Shown: piece by piece, positions 51,175 through 60,390 of the stretch | Layout of the letters: each line of letters starts with the position of its first letter | How positions within the stretch are numbered: position 1 is the stretch's first letter | NCBI GenBank assembly: GCA_045644145.1 | Contig: JAZRGK010000080.1 | Span: forward strand, 65,407 to 129,406 | From: Candidatus Flemingiibacterium sp. | GTDB taxonomy: Bacteria > Bacillota > Clostridia > Oscillospirales > CAG-272 | Length of the DNA: 64,000 nucleotides | Reading direction: 5' to 3' | Made by a program: the position numbers and the translations under genes | The notes under the pieces: generated by a model | What the model saw: only the letters and a program-made list of their open reading frames with translations | Database searches by the model: none | Told to the model about the DNA's origin: nothing

Positions 51175-51462
51175 ATGTTTAAGATTACAGCCAAGGCAAA
51201 GAACGGCAATATCTGGGACGGCAAGCGCCTCGTGAAGGTTCTTGAGACAGAGGACGCCGCTGTCGCTGAGCGCTTTAAGACACAGGGCTGCACGGTCGAG
51301 GAGATCGAGGAAGATATAGCCCTCGAGAAAATGACCGCGGCACAGCTCAAGAAGTACGCTAAGAAGAACAAGATCGACATCGGTGACGCGGCAAGTGCGG
51401 AGGATGTTCTCGCTATTATCAAGGCTGCTACCGAGGGCGGTCCTGCCAACACCAACGAATAA
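51175..51462 (+). CDS. Hypothetical head-associated protein with Rho_N/SAP-like motif
   Basis: 95 aa from the ATG at 51175, after GGAGGTG. Contains MTAAQLKKYAKKNKIDIGDAASAEDVLAIIKAA. Confidence 0.55.
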   Translation: MFKITAKAKNGNIWDGKRLVKVLETEDAAVAERFKTQGCTVEEIEEDIALEKMTAAQLKKYAKKNKIDIGDAASAEDVLAIIKAATEGGPANTNE

Positions 51463-51479
51463 GTAGGGAGGTGCGGTCG

Positions 51480-51863
51480 ATGATATCGCAATCTGACGTT
51501 ATAGCGAGACTTAAAATCTTTGGATACAGTGCCAAAGAGAGTGATTCGCTCGCTATCGATTATTCTATAAACCGTGCGGCAGAACAGATCTGTGCCAGCA
51601 TTAACCGCACCGACATACCCGACGGGCTGTATCATATGATCGTCGATATGGCAACGGGATATTTCCTGCGTGACCTTAAAAACGCAGGAAAGCTCGGAGA
51701 AAATTTTGATTTTTCTGTGCCAGTCACTAATATCAGCGAAGGCGATGTGTCTGTGGATTTTGCGGATACGAGTACACCCGAGGAGAGGCTTGACGTAATG
51801 ATAAACGGTCTCGTAAATCCACCTCCGAGCGTTTTTGCGGCATTCAGGAGGATCAAATGGTAA
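51480..51863 (+). CDS. Head-tail connector (gp6-like) protein
   Basis: 127 aa from the ATG at 51480, after GGGAGGTG. The call rests on position and size. Confidence 0.55.
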   Translation: MISQSDVIARLKIFGYSAKESDSLAIDYSINRAAEQICASINRTDIPDGLYHMIVDMATGYFLRDLKNAGKLGENFDFSVPVTNISEGDVSVDFADTSTPEERLDVMINGLVNPPPSVFAAFRRIKW

Positions 51864-52234
51864 ACGGTATCGATTTACGCGCTTACGGCAGCGCTATCAA
51901 GCGTCTTTGGGACGGTAAGTGCACCGTTATTATACGCGAACCTAAGACCAACGAAGTCAACGGGCGGACAGAAGATGAGGAGAAAGCTCTTTACACCGAT
52001 GAGCCGTGCCGAATATCATTTGACACAGTTGACAGTGCAGAGAGTTCGGACGGAGCTTCACGCCCCGTCCAGAGCATCAAGCTGTTTATCGATGCGAAGC
52101 TCGACATCCCTGCCGGTTCTAAAATCACGGTTACACGAAAAGGTGTGACAGCAGACTATGAGCGAAGCGGTAAACCCGCCGTGTACTCTTGTCACCAGGA
52201 GATCTCGCTCGAGCTATTTCGAGGGTGGGCATAA
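51857..52234 (+). CDS. Head closure / head-tail adaptor protein
   Basis: 125 aa. The call rests on position in the module and SPP1 gp16-like size. Confidence 0.5.
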   Translation: MVNGIDLRAYGSAIKRLWDGKCTVIIREPKTNEVNGRTEDEEKALYTDEPCRISFDTVDSAESSDGASRPVQSIKLFIDAKLDIPAGSKITVTRKGVTADYERSGKPAVYSCHQEISLELFRGWA

Positions 52235-52878
52235 TGGCAAAATGGGGAAGTTGTGATTTTTCGCAGTTCAAGTCTTTGCAGGAACGTCTGCAAAAACTTG
52301 AAGATGCTGATCTCGACACATTTTGTCGTGATGCCTCCAAAGAACTCGCGGCAAGACTACTCGCACTGGTCATTCCTCGTACTCCTGTAGGCACAAAGCC
52401 GGAGCTTCAAGGCTCAAAAACTGAAAAGGTTGAGGGCGCGAGCGGTAAAAAACGCACATTTCTTACCGCAGAAGGAGCAAGGTTAGCGCAGTACTGGGGT
52501 GGATATGACGGGGGCACGCTACGACGAGGTTGGACCGCTAAAACACACGAAGAAGCAGAAGGCGGCAGTGGCAAACCATCTGCCGCCCAAGCTGCGGAGT
52601 ATGCGGAGTCGCTCACGGTAACCAAAAGCGGTAACGACTATATCATCGAAATCATAAACCCGGTGCTGTATGCCGAGTACGTCGAGTACGGTCACCGACA
52701 GACTCCCGGTCGCTACGTTCCAGCGATAGGTAAGCGTCTGAAGAACGGATGGGTGCAAGGCAAATATATGCTCACAATATCCGAGGAGGATCTCGAGAGG
52801 ATCGCTCCGGGTATTTTACAGAAAAAACTTGAAAACAAATTACGGGAGGTGTTCGGCGGTGGCACAGATAAACTATAA
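52234..52878 (+). CDS. HK97 gp10-family tail-completion protein
   Basis: 214 aa from the ATG at 52234. NPVLYAEYVEYGHR motif. Confidence 0.65.
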   Translation: MAKWGSCDFSQFKSLQERLQKLEDADLDTFCRDASKELAARLLALVIPRTPVGTKPELQGSKTEKVEGASGKKRTFLTAEGARLAQYWGGYDGGTLRRGWTAKTHEEAEGGSGKPSAAQAAEYAESLTVTKSGNDYIIEIINPVLYAEYVEYGHRQTPGRYVPAIGKRLKNGWVQGKYMLTISEEDLERIAPGILQKKLENKLREVFGGGTDKL

Positions 52879-53287
52879 CAGTGTGTTTGATGCGGTAACG
52901 CTGGCGCTTCATAGGGTCTTCCCATCTGCGAAGATACGCGGAGAAGCCGCCAAGCAGGGCTTGAATCCCGGCGACTTTACCGTTTTGCCCATTACCCCCG
53001 CTCATACCGGGCAAATGGGTTCACGCGCGCAGAGGAGTGTAACGTTTGACGTTATTTACTATCCTGCCGCGGAGAATAGCCGCGCGGAGTGCCTGAATGT
53101 CGCCGAGCGCTTGCCTTATATTCTCGGTACCGTCAGCACACCGGAGGGCGACTGCGTGCACGGTACGGGGTTTGAGTGCAGAATAAGCGACGACGTACTG
53201 CATTGTATCGTGCGCTATCCGTATTTTGTGTACGTTCCCAAAGAGAGCGAACCGATTGAATCGCTATCAATAATACAGGAGGTTTAA
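52859..53287 (+). CDS. Hypothetical tail-terminator-position protein
   Basis: 142 aa from the GTG at 52859, after GGGAGGTG. The call rests on position only. Confidence 0.45.
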   Translation: MAQINYNSVFDAVTLALHRVFPSAKIRGEAAKQGLNPGDFTVLPITPAHTGQMGSRAQRSVTFDVIYYPAAENSRAECLNVAERLPYILGTVSTPEGDCVHGTGFECRISDDVLHCIVRYPYFVYVPKESEPIESLSIIQEV

Positions 53288-53291
53288 TACT

Positions 53292-53468
53292 ATGTCAAAG
53301 GTCAGCACCGAGGCGGCGTCTGTTCATACGAAAAAACAACTGCTTGCCTCAAAGAAATACGCCAACAGGCAGGATATTATCAACGCCCTGCTTGAGGATG
53401 GCAAGACCTACACCACCGCCCAGGTGGATGCGTTGATTGAAAAATTCATGAAAGGACAGGTAAAGTAA
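53292..53468 (+). CDS. Hypothetical 58-aa phage protein
   Basis: The ATG at 53292 fills the gap before the sheath gene. Not in the ORF track. Confidence 0.4.
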   Translation: MSKVSTEAASVHTKKQLLASKKYANRQDIINALLEDGKTYTTAQVDALIEKFMKGQVK

Positions 53469-53469
53469 T

Positions 53470-54792
53470 ATGGCACACGGTGGCGGCACCTGGCTTACCC
53501 AAAACAAGGTAATGCCCGGTACTTATATCAATTTTACCAGTTTGGCCAAGGCTACGGCGGCTCTTTCCGACAGAGGCATTGCCGCAGCGCCCTTTGAGCT
53601 GAATTGGGGCCCGGAGGGTACCGTTTTTGAGGTAACATCCGGCGATTTCCAGAAAAACAGCAAGGCCATTTTCGGCTACGGCTACGATGCCCCGGAAATG
53701 CTTGCATTGCGTGAGATTTTCTGCCACGCAACCAAAGTTTACTGCTTCCGTTTGGGTACGGGCGGCGTAAAGGCTACCAATACCTACGGTACAGCAAAGC
53801 ATCCCGGCACTCGTGGCAATGACATTACCATTGTTGTTGCCAAGAATGTTGACGATGAGAACGCCTACGATGTAAGCACTCTTGTTGGCGGCTCTGTGTA
53901 CGAAACCCAGACCGTTGCGGGTGCATCCAGCCTTGTTGACAACGATTTTGTTGTGTTCAAAAAGGATGCAACTCTCAAGGATGAGGCAGGCGTACCTATG
54001 ACCGGCGGCACGAACTGTGCAAGCATCACCGGCGAACATCACCAGGCTTTCCTTGACAAGATCGAAAGCTACGCATACAACGCACTTTGCTGCCCTGCAT
54101 CCGATGCCTCGGTTGTAACCCTTTACGCAAAGTTTGCGGAGCGTGTGCGTGACACCATCGGCTCCAAATTCCAGGTAATTGCTTGGCAGCCTGCGGCTGA
54201 CTATGAGGGCGTTATCGGCGTTTGGAATGAGGCAACCCACGGATCCATTGCGAATGTTGCAAAGCACGCCCTTGTATATTGGACGGCTGGTGCACAGGCA
54301 GGGGTTGCTGTCAATAAATCGCTCACTAATTCCGTGTATGATGGTGAGCTCATTGTGGATGTGGAATACACCCAGGCAGAGCTTGAGGCTTGCATTAAAG
54401 CCGGCAAGTTTATGCTCCACAATGTAAACGGCACGGTGCGTGTTTTGGAGGATATTAACACCCTCGTTACCCTCAACGATGAAAAGGGTGAGATTTTCCA
54501 GAGCAACCAGACCGTAAGAGTGTGCGACCAGATCGCCAACGATGTTGCGGTGCTCTTTAACACCCGCTATGTTGGCCAGGTACCGAATGATGCCTCTGGG
54601 CGTGCTACCCTCTGGAACGATATTGTTAAGCTGGTGCAGGAGCTTGAGCGCATCCGTGCGGTTGAGGACTTTGACACCGACACAGTAACGGTAGAGGTTG
54701 GCGATAACAAAAAGGCGGTACTGCTCACTATCAACGGCCTTAACATTGTAAATGCGATGAGCCAGCTCTATATGAGCGTTATTATTCAGTAA
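53470..54792 (+). CDS. Contractile tail sheath protein (XkdK-like)
   Basis: 440 aa. The N-terminus (GGGTWLTQNKVMPGTYINF) is typical of Firmicutes sheath proteins. Followed by the tube gene. Confidence 0.85.
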   Translation: MAHGGGTWLTQNKVMPGTYINFTSLAKATAALSDRGIAAAPFELNWGPEGTVFEVTSGDFQKNSKAIFGYGYDAPEMLALREIFCHATKVYCFRLGTGGVKATNTYGTAKHPGTRGNDITIVVAKNVDDENAYDVSTLVGGSVYETQTVAGASSLVDNDFVVFKKDATLKDEAGVPMTGGTNCASITGEHHQAFLDKIESYAYNALCCPASDASVVTLYAKFAERVRDTIGSKFQVIAWQPAADYEGVIGVWNEATHGSIANVAKHALVYWTAGAQAGVAVNKSLTNSVYDGELIVDVEYTQAELEACIKAGKFMLHNVNGTVRVLEDINTLVTLNDEKGEIFQSNQTVRVCDQIANDVAVLFNTRYVGQVPNDASGRATLWNDIVKLVQELERIRAVEDFDTDTVTVEVGDNKKAVLLTINGLNIVNAMSQLYMSVIIQ

Positions 54793-54806
54793 AGGAGGCA
54801 ACGTAA

Positions 54807-55283
54807 ATGGATAGCACAAAGATTATGGCAACCAATGATGCACCGGTTGCGAAATTTGCCGAGGTATTTGTTACCCTCAATGGTAAGCGTTATGCAATGC
54901 TTATGTGTAAAAACTTTGAGGGCAAGGCCAGCATTTCCACCCAGGATGTTCCCCGTATGGGCTCCATCATTATGGGTAAGAAACCCACAACCGTTGAGCT
55001 TTCTTTCTCAATGACCATCTACAAGTGCACCGAGATTTTTGATGATGTGCTTGACACATTCATTAAAACCGGTACAATGCCCACTATGGACATCCAGACC
55101 TCAAACGAAGACCCGTCAACCTCGGTAGGACGCAGCACCAAGTCATATAACGACTGCATACTTGATGGCGATGTTCTGCTTTCTCTCGCTGGTAGTGAAG
55201 ATGATTTTATCGAGCAGGAGATCAGCGGCTTCGCAGGAGGCTACACGAGAGGCGAAAAGTACAAGAACCCAGCTTATATGTAA
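54807..55283 (+). CDS. Tail tube protein (XkdM-like)
   Basis: 158 aa with RBS AAAGGAGG. Position and size fit a tube protein. Confidence 0.75.
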   Translation: MDSTKIMATNDAPVAKFAEVFVTLNGKRYAMLMCKNFEGKASISTQDVPRMGSIIMGKKPTTVELSFSMTIYKCTEIFDDVLDTFIKTGTMPTMDIQTSNEDPSTSVGRSTKSYNDCILDGDVLLSLAGSEDDFIEQEISGFAGGYTRGEKYKNPAYM

Positions 55284-55302
55284 TTTTTAGGAGGATATTA
55301 AA

Positions 55303-55731
55303 ATGGCACAGTCACTTAGCGCTTTTATGGCGCAGAACGCGGCTAAGATCGAGAATCGTAAGTATGTTGCCTCTCCCCGATTTGTTGGGAAGGACGGCAA
55401 GCCCATCGAGTGGGAAATCTGCTGTATTAGTGCGGGGGAAAATCAGAAGCTCCGCAAAAACCACACCAGGAGTGTACCCGTAACCGGAAAGCGCGGACAA
55501 TACACGCAGGAGTTTGATGGTGCGGGTTACCAGGCGGCGCTTGCTGCACGATGCGTTGTGTATCCCGATCTCAACGATGCAGGTCTTCAGGAAAGCTACG
55601 GCGCTATGGGCGCGGAACAGCTTATATCTGTAATGCTTAACTCCGGTGAGTTCGACGAGCTTGTATCCGTAATCTTGGATCATAATGGATTCAAGGATAT
55701 GGGCGAGCTTGTGGACGACGCAAAAAACTGA
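55303..55731 (+). CDS. Tail assembly chaperone (XkdN-like, G-type product)
   Basis: 142 aa with RBS TAGGAGG. Positioned between the tube and tape-measure genes. The last codons contain A_AAA_AAC. Confidence 0.7.
   Translation: MAQSLSAFMAQNAAKIENRKYVASPRFVGKDGKPIEWEICCISAGENQKLRKNHTRSVPVTGKRGQYTQEFDGAGYQAALAARCVVYPDLNDAGLQESYGAMGAEQLISVMLNSGEFDELVSVILDHNGFKDMGELVDDAKN
55722..55728 (+). promoter_or_regulatory. Slippery heptamer A_AAA_AAC for programmed -1 frameshifting
   Basis: The zero frame reads GCA AAA AAC TGA. The -1 frame is open from here through 55919. Confidence 0.65.
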
Positions 55732-55733
55732 TA

Positions 55734-55919
55734 TTGGAGGGCGAGATAGAGGCGAATTATGCCTACTACGCCCTCCACAAATTTCGCTGGAAGCCGTCCG
55801 AATTTTTAGCTCTCGATCCACACGAAATGGCCTTTGTGGTCGCGGCAATCGATGTGAGGATCGATAAAGAGAAAAAAGAAGCGGCTGCTATGCAGCGAAA
55901 AACAAAAAGGCGCAGATGA
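55734..55919 (+). CDS. -1 frame extension of the tail chaperone (GT-type product, expressed as a 55303-55919 fusion)
   Basis: A 61-codon ORF in the -1 frame with no credible own RBS or ATG. It ends in a basic tail (KKEAAAMQRKTKRRR). Confidence 0.6.
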   Translation: MEGEIEANYAYYALHKFRWKPSEFLALDPHEMAFVVAAIDVRIDKEKKEAAAMQRKTKRRR

Positions 55920-55964
55920 TGCGGAGCATTCGCCCCGCATCACTGTGCTGAAAAGGAGGTATCT

Positions 55965-57971
55965 ATGGCCGGCGTAAAAACCAAGTTGTCACTTCATGAC
56001 GGTATGACGCCAGTGCTGCGTCACATAAACAACGCTATGAAGCTTATGCTTGGTAATCTTGAAGCTGTACAGCGTGCATCCGGCAAGACCGTTGATGTGC
56101 AGAATTTTGCTAAAATACGCACAGAGCTCGGGGCAGCAGATGCACGCCTTAATGAGATCGAACAGAGTTACCGCGATATAAACGATCAACAGGATAAATT
56201 AAACCGAAAAATTAGTACGGGAACAAGCAATGCAGACGGTTTTCTGAAGAAGATCAAGGGCATCGCGACGGCCTATGTTGGTATAAACAGTGTAAAGCAA
56301 CTCGCTGGGCTGTCAGATACGATGACCGGTTCAACTGCACGTTTGAAGTTGCTTGTTGACGACGACGGAAGTGTAGACGACCTTAAGGCAAAAATATATG
56401 CTTCTGCGCAGAGCGCACGAGCTGGTTACACGGATGTCATGGACACCGTTTCAAAGCTCGGATTTACCGCGGGAAAAGCGTTCAGTGGAACGGACGGAAA
56501 AATAAAAACCGACGAAATAATAAAATTTACCGAAATTCTCAACAAAAACTTTGTTGTTGGCGATGCGTCTGGCGCTGAGCAAGCGAGTGCAATGTACCAG
56601 CTCACCCAGGCGATGAGTTCAGGACGTTTACAAGGCGATGAGTATCGGTCCATAATCGAGAACGCACCTCTGCTTGCCAAGAGTATTGAAGATTACATGA
56701 TCAACGTCAAGGGTGCAACCGGCACGATGAAAGAGTGGGCATCCGAAGGGATGCTTACGGCAGATGTAATAAAAGCTGCAGTATTTAAATCTGCTTCTGA
56801 TGTCGAAAAACGCTTCGAACAAATTCCAATGACGTGGTCTCAAGTGTGGACTGTCGCGTGCAATGCGGCCATCACATTCTTTGACCCACTACTTCGGGGA
56901 ATAAATTGGCTAGCAAATAATTTGGCGATTATAGGTCCATTGGTGTTGGGTATTGGAGCCGCCTTTTTGGTATTTCAGGTGGCAGCACACTGGACACAGA
57001 TCGCATCTATTGCAACAGCCGCATACCACGCTGTTGTGAATTTCTTATCGATCGGTTTCGGGATGTTGCGAGGCAGTACAGCTGCTGCATCAGCTGCGCA
57101 GTTTACTTATAATTCCGCATTGCTTGCCTGCCCAGTTACTTGGATCATAATGGCTATTTTAATTGTCATAGGGCTTTTATATGGTATTATCGGTATAATT
57201 AACAAGGTAACCGACTCTAGTATTTCTGCCACTGGTATTATCGTTGGTGCCCTCGCTACAGCGGGAGCTTTCATTTGGAATCTTATTCTTGGCTTGCTCG
57301 AACTCGTGCTCGGTGTAATTAACTACCTTATTAACCCCTTTATCGAGATTGCAAATTTTATAGGAAATGTGTTTACAAACCCCGTTTCCTCAATTATCTA
57401 TTTGTTCCAGGGGATGGCCGATAATGTACTTGGGATACTCCAAAAAATTGCCTCGGCTCTTGATTTTGTTTTTGGTTCCAATATGGCTGATACAGTACAA
57501 GGCTGGCGTGATGGCTTAAAAGACAAAGCGGATGCGCTCGTTGCAGAATATGCACCGAATGAGAATTATCAAGATGTTATAAGCAACTTGGATCTTTCAG
57601 TTGAAGGGTTGGGGCTTAAACGCTGGGCATATACAGACGCATGGAATTCAGGTTACAGTGCTGGTGAGAATCTGGAAGGAATCTTTGACAGCATCGTGGA
57701 TACGAATTATCTCGGAGACATAGCAGAAGACACGTCTATGCTTGCAAGCACCGTCGATAAAACTCAAGAGGAGCTCGCATATCTCCGCGACATAGCTGAA
57801 CAGGAAGCAATAAACAGATTTACAACTGCCGAAGTTAAGATCGATATGACAGGTATGACAAACCGCATCGACGGCTCTATGGATATAGACGGTGTAGTGA
57901 CTCAGCTCACAGATGGCTTCGTTGAAGCGCTGTCTACGGCATCAGAGGGGGTACATAACGATGGCATATAA
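55965..57971 (+). CDS. Tail tape measure protein
   Basis: 668 aa with RBS AAAGGAGG. Helical N-terminus, a long central hydrophobic/Gly-Ala-Ile-rich region. Positioned after the chaperone pair. Confidence 0.85.
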   Translation: MAGVKTKLSLHDGMTPVLRHINNAMKLMLGNLEAVQRASGKTVDVQNFAKIRTELGAADARLNEIEQSYRDINDQQDKLNRKISTGTSNADGFLKKIKGIATAYVGINSVKQLAGLSDTMTGSTARLKLLVDDDGSVDDLKAKIYASAQSARAGYTDVMDTVSKLGFTAGKAFSGTDGKIKTDEIIKFTEILNKNFVVGDASGAEQASAMYQLTQAMSSGRLQGDEYRSIIENAPLLAKSIEDYMINVKGATGTMKEWASEGMLTADVIKAAVFKSASDVEKRFEQIPMTWSQVWTVACNAAITFFDPLLRGINWLANNLAIIGPLVLGIGAAFLVFQVAAHWTQIASIATAAYHAVVNFLSIGFGMLRGSTAAASAAQFTYNSALLACPVTWIIMAILIVIGLLYGIIGIINKVTDSSISATGIIVGALATAGAFIWNLILGLLELVLGVINYLINPFIEIANFIGNVFTNPVSSIIYLFQGMADNVLGILQKIASALDFVFGSNMADTVQGWRDGLKDKADALVAEYAPNENYQDVISNLDLSVEGLGLKRWAYTDAWNSGYSAGENLEGIFDSIVDTNYLGDIAEDTSMLASTVDKTQEELAYLRDIAEQEAINRFTTAEVKIDMTGMTNRIDGSMDIDGVVTQLTDGFVEALSTASEGVHNDGI

Positions 57972-58614
57972 TTGCTACTTGGGGGAGATGCTTATACCTA
58001 CTCCCGCCAAGCTCACAATGAAAATAAAAGGTAAGAACCAGACGCTTACCCTGCTCAACGAAGGCGATATAAACTTTCTGCGAGCTCCGGGGCTTACCGA
58101 AATAACTTTGCCACTCGTGCTCCCTATGCTTGATGGCGTGCACCGTCCCGAGTATTATCTCAATGAACTTGAGAGGTTGAAAATTGAGAAGGCTATAACG
58201 CAGTTCAAAATGCTTCGAACTGCGCCGGACGGAGCGTTGTTGTTTAACACAGATATCAAGGTCAGTGTTGAAGACTACACCATTAAAGAAGATGCAAAAA
58301 ACGGACTTGATCTTTCGGTGGAGGTATCCCTTAAACAGTATCGTGATTATAGCACAAAAACTATAACTGTAAACGATGTGGGTGTTGCGAGTGGTTCAGG
58401 TCAAGCTGTAAGTATAACTGTTGAGCGCGACGACTCTAGTGCGCCCAAAACGGATTCCCATCCTGTGCAAGCAGGTGACACACTGTGGAGCATAGCAAAA
58501 AAGTATTATGGCGATGGTGCTAAATACACCGTTATATATGAAGCCAACAAAAATATTCTTACAGATCCTAACAACATACTTGTCGGACAGGTGCTCACTA
58601 TACCGGAGGTATGA
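57961..58614 (+). CDS. LysM-domain tail/baseplate protein (XkdP-like)
   Basis: 217 aa from the ATG at 57961, after GAGGGGG. C-terminal LysM domain (HPVQAGDTLWSIAKKYYGDGAKYTVIYEANKNILTDPNNILVGQVLTIP). Confidence 0.75.
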   Translation: MAYNCYLGEMLIPTPAKLTMKIKGKNQTLTLLNEGDINFLRAPGLTEITLPLVLPMLDGVHRPEYYLNELERLKIEKAITQFKMLRTAPDGALLFNTDIKVSVEDYTIKEDAKNGLDLSVEVSLKQYRDYSTKTITVNDVGVASGSGQAVSITVERDDSSAPKTDSHPVQAGDTLWSIAKKYYGDGAKYTVIYEANKNILTDPNNILVGQVLTIPEV

Positions 58615-58618
58615 GGAA

Positions 58619-59584
58619 ATGACATATGAACTTTACATACAACACGGCAATACTCGCATGTATCCCCCCGTGGCGGATGGGGTGACGGTGGAGTGGGAAC
58701 GGCAAGGACAGCCGGGCAAGCTTACTTTTGAGGTGGTTAAGACTGAAAGCCTCAGTTTCGAAGAGGGGGATGCGTGTGGGTTTTCTGTGGATGGAACACT
58801 CGCGTTTTTTGGCTTCGTTTTTAATAAGTCGCGCGTGGGCAGTAAACCAGAGCTTATTGAGGTTACTGTTTATGACCAATTGTTTTATCTACGCAACAAA
58901 GATACCTACGTGTATAGTAACAAGACCGCTACTGATGTTGTACGCATGATTGCTGAAGACTTCGGACTAAATGTTGGTTCTCTCGAAGACACGGGTTATA
59001 AAATCGCGTCCAGAACAGAGGATGATGTAAGCCTTATGGATATTATCCAAAATGCACTGGATGAGACACTAACTGCCAAAACACAAATGTATGTGCTCTA
59101 TGACCTTGCCGGCAAGCTTACGCTTAAAAACATTAAAAACATGCGTCTCGGTATTGTGCTCGATAATGAGACTGTCGGCGATTTTGATTATAAGACGAGC
59201 ATAAGCGACAACACATACAACCGAATCAAATTAGTTTACGAAGACAGTGATGCAGGAAAACGCCAGCTATTTATAACACAGGATGGCGCTAACATTAATC
59301 GCTGGGGCGTACTGCAATATTATGAAAAGCTCAGTAGCGCTGCTAACGCAAAAGCGATGGCTGATGCGCTATTGAAGCTTTACAATACCAAAACCCGAAC
59401 GCTCAAGGTGAAAGATGCTCTTGGCGATATACGGGTGCGCGGAGGCACAACTCTTGTGGTGATGCTCGATTTAGGCGATACTATAGTGTCGAATTTTCTG
59501 TTAGTTGAGCAAGTAAAACACTATTTTAAGGAGGGGCAGCACCTTATGGATCTTGGATTGCGGGGTGGTACATTTGTCACTTGA
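58619..59584 (+). CDS. Baseplate hub / XkdQ-like (late control D-like) protein
   Basis: 321 aa from the ATG at 58619, after GGAGGT. The call rests on position and size within the PBSX-like order. Confidence 0.6.
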   Translation: MTYELYIQHGNTRMYPPVADGVTVEWERQGQPGKLTFEVVKTESLSFEEGDACGFSVDGTLAFFGFVFNKSRVGSKPELIEVTVYDQLFYLRNKDTYVYSNKTATDVVRMIAEDFGLNVGSLEDTGYKIASRTEDDVSLMDIIQNALDETLTAKTQMYVLYDLAGKLTLKNIKNMRLGIVLDNETVGDFDYKTSISDNTYNRIKLVYEDSDAGKRQLFITQDGANINRWGVLQYYEKLSSAANAKAMADALLKLYNTKTRTLKVKDALGDIRVRGGTTLVVMLDLGDTIVSNFLLVEQVKHYFKEGQHLMDLGLRGGTFVT

Positions 59585-59960
59585 TATAAACAAACTTATC
59601 AAGGCGGTTAAGCGCGCCGCGCTGGATGCGGTGATGGCACAAAAACCCATGGCTTACTATTTAGGCGAAGTTGAATCGGTCAGTCCATTGCGAATAAGAG
59701 TGGATCAAAAATTGATTCTTACGGATGCCCAGCTCGTTTTAACAAGCGCAGTGCGCGATTTCGATGTTGATATGACAGTGGAGCACACTACGGAAACAGA
59801 AAGCGGCGGCAATGGAGAGGGTGCTTACGACGAACACGCGCACAAGTATGAAGGGCGCAAGCGTTTCTGCGTGCATCTCGGACTTAATGTCGGTGAAAAG
59901 GTTTTTCTTTTGCGCTGTGATGGCGGGCAGAAATTTATTGTTTTGGATAGAGTGAGGTGA
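59574..59960 (+). CDS. XkdR-like small baseplate protein (DUF2577-like)
   Basis: The ORF opens at 59553. TTG at 59574, after GGGGTGG, is the favoured start (MSLDINKLIK...), but the start is uncertain. Confidence 0.5.
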   Translation: MSLDINKLIKAVKRAALDAVMAQKPMAYYLGEVESVSPLRIRVDQKLILTDAQLVLTSAVRDFDVDMTVEHTTETESGGNGEGAYDEHAHKYEGRKRFCVHLGLNVGEKVFLLRCDGGQKFIVLDRVR

Positions 59961-59968
59961 CACAGTCA

Positions 59969-60388
59969 ATGGCTGAATTAAATTATTTGCCAGCATCAGC
60001 CACCGATGTGGATGATACCGCATTTAGTAATGTTAAACTTCCGGGGCACACTTACAAGCTCAATATCAAGCGTGGATGTATTAGAGGGGTTACAGATAAG
60101 GCTGATGCCGTGTTGCAAGCTGTCTATCTTGTACTTAGTGTCGAGAGATATAAATACTCGATATATTCTCGCAACTATGGCGTCGAGCTTGATGATCTCA
60201 TCGGCAAACCTCGTGACTATGCTATGAGCGAAATAGAACGCCGTATCACAGAGGCGTTACTCGTAGACGATAGAATAAAGAGCGTTGACGGGTGGGATTT
60301 TAAAACCACTAAAAAATCAGTTATTGTTACCTTTACAGTGCATACAATATACGGCGATATAGAGACCATAAAGGAGGTAGATGTGTAA
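59969..60388 (+). CDS. XkdS-like baseplate protein (gp25/W-like, DUF2634-like)
   Basis: 139 aa from the ATG at 59969, 8 nt after GAGGTGA. The ORF opens at 59957. Confidence 0.55.
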   Translation: MAELNYLPASATDVDDTAFSNVKLPGHTYKLNIKRGCIRGVTDKADAVLQAVYLVLSVERYKYSIYSRNYGVELDDLIGKPRDYAMSEIERRITEALLVDDRIKSVDGWDFKTTKKSVIVTFTVHTIYGDIETIKEVDV

Positions 60389-60390
60389 AC

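Noticed and set aside
53446-54819. 457-aa reverse-strand ORF spanning the whole tail-sheath region.
   Set aside because: It is exactly antisense to a forward ORF with a clear sheath-protein signature and a proper RBS. The reverse translation is low-complexity (rich in A/G/V/N/L), has no SD and breaks the otherwise unidirectional late operon. It is a shadow ORF.
55685-55867. The +1-frame ORF (60 aa) overlapping the chaperone end, considered as an alternative frameshift extension.
   Set aside because: Its translation (…RDRGELCLLRPPQISLEAV…) has no chaperone-like character, and there is no +1 slippery context. The -1 frame is served by a canonical A_AAA_AAC heptamer and ends right before the tape-measure gene.
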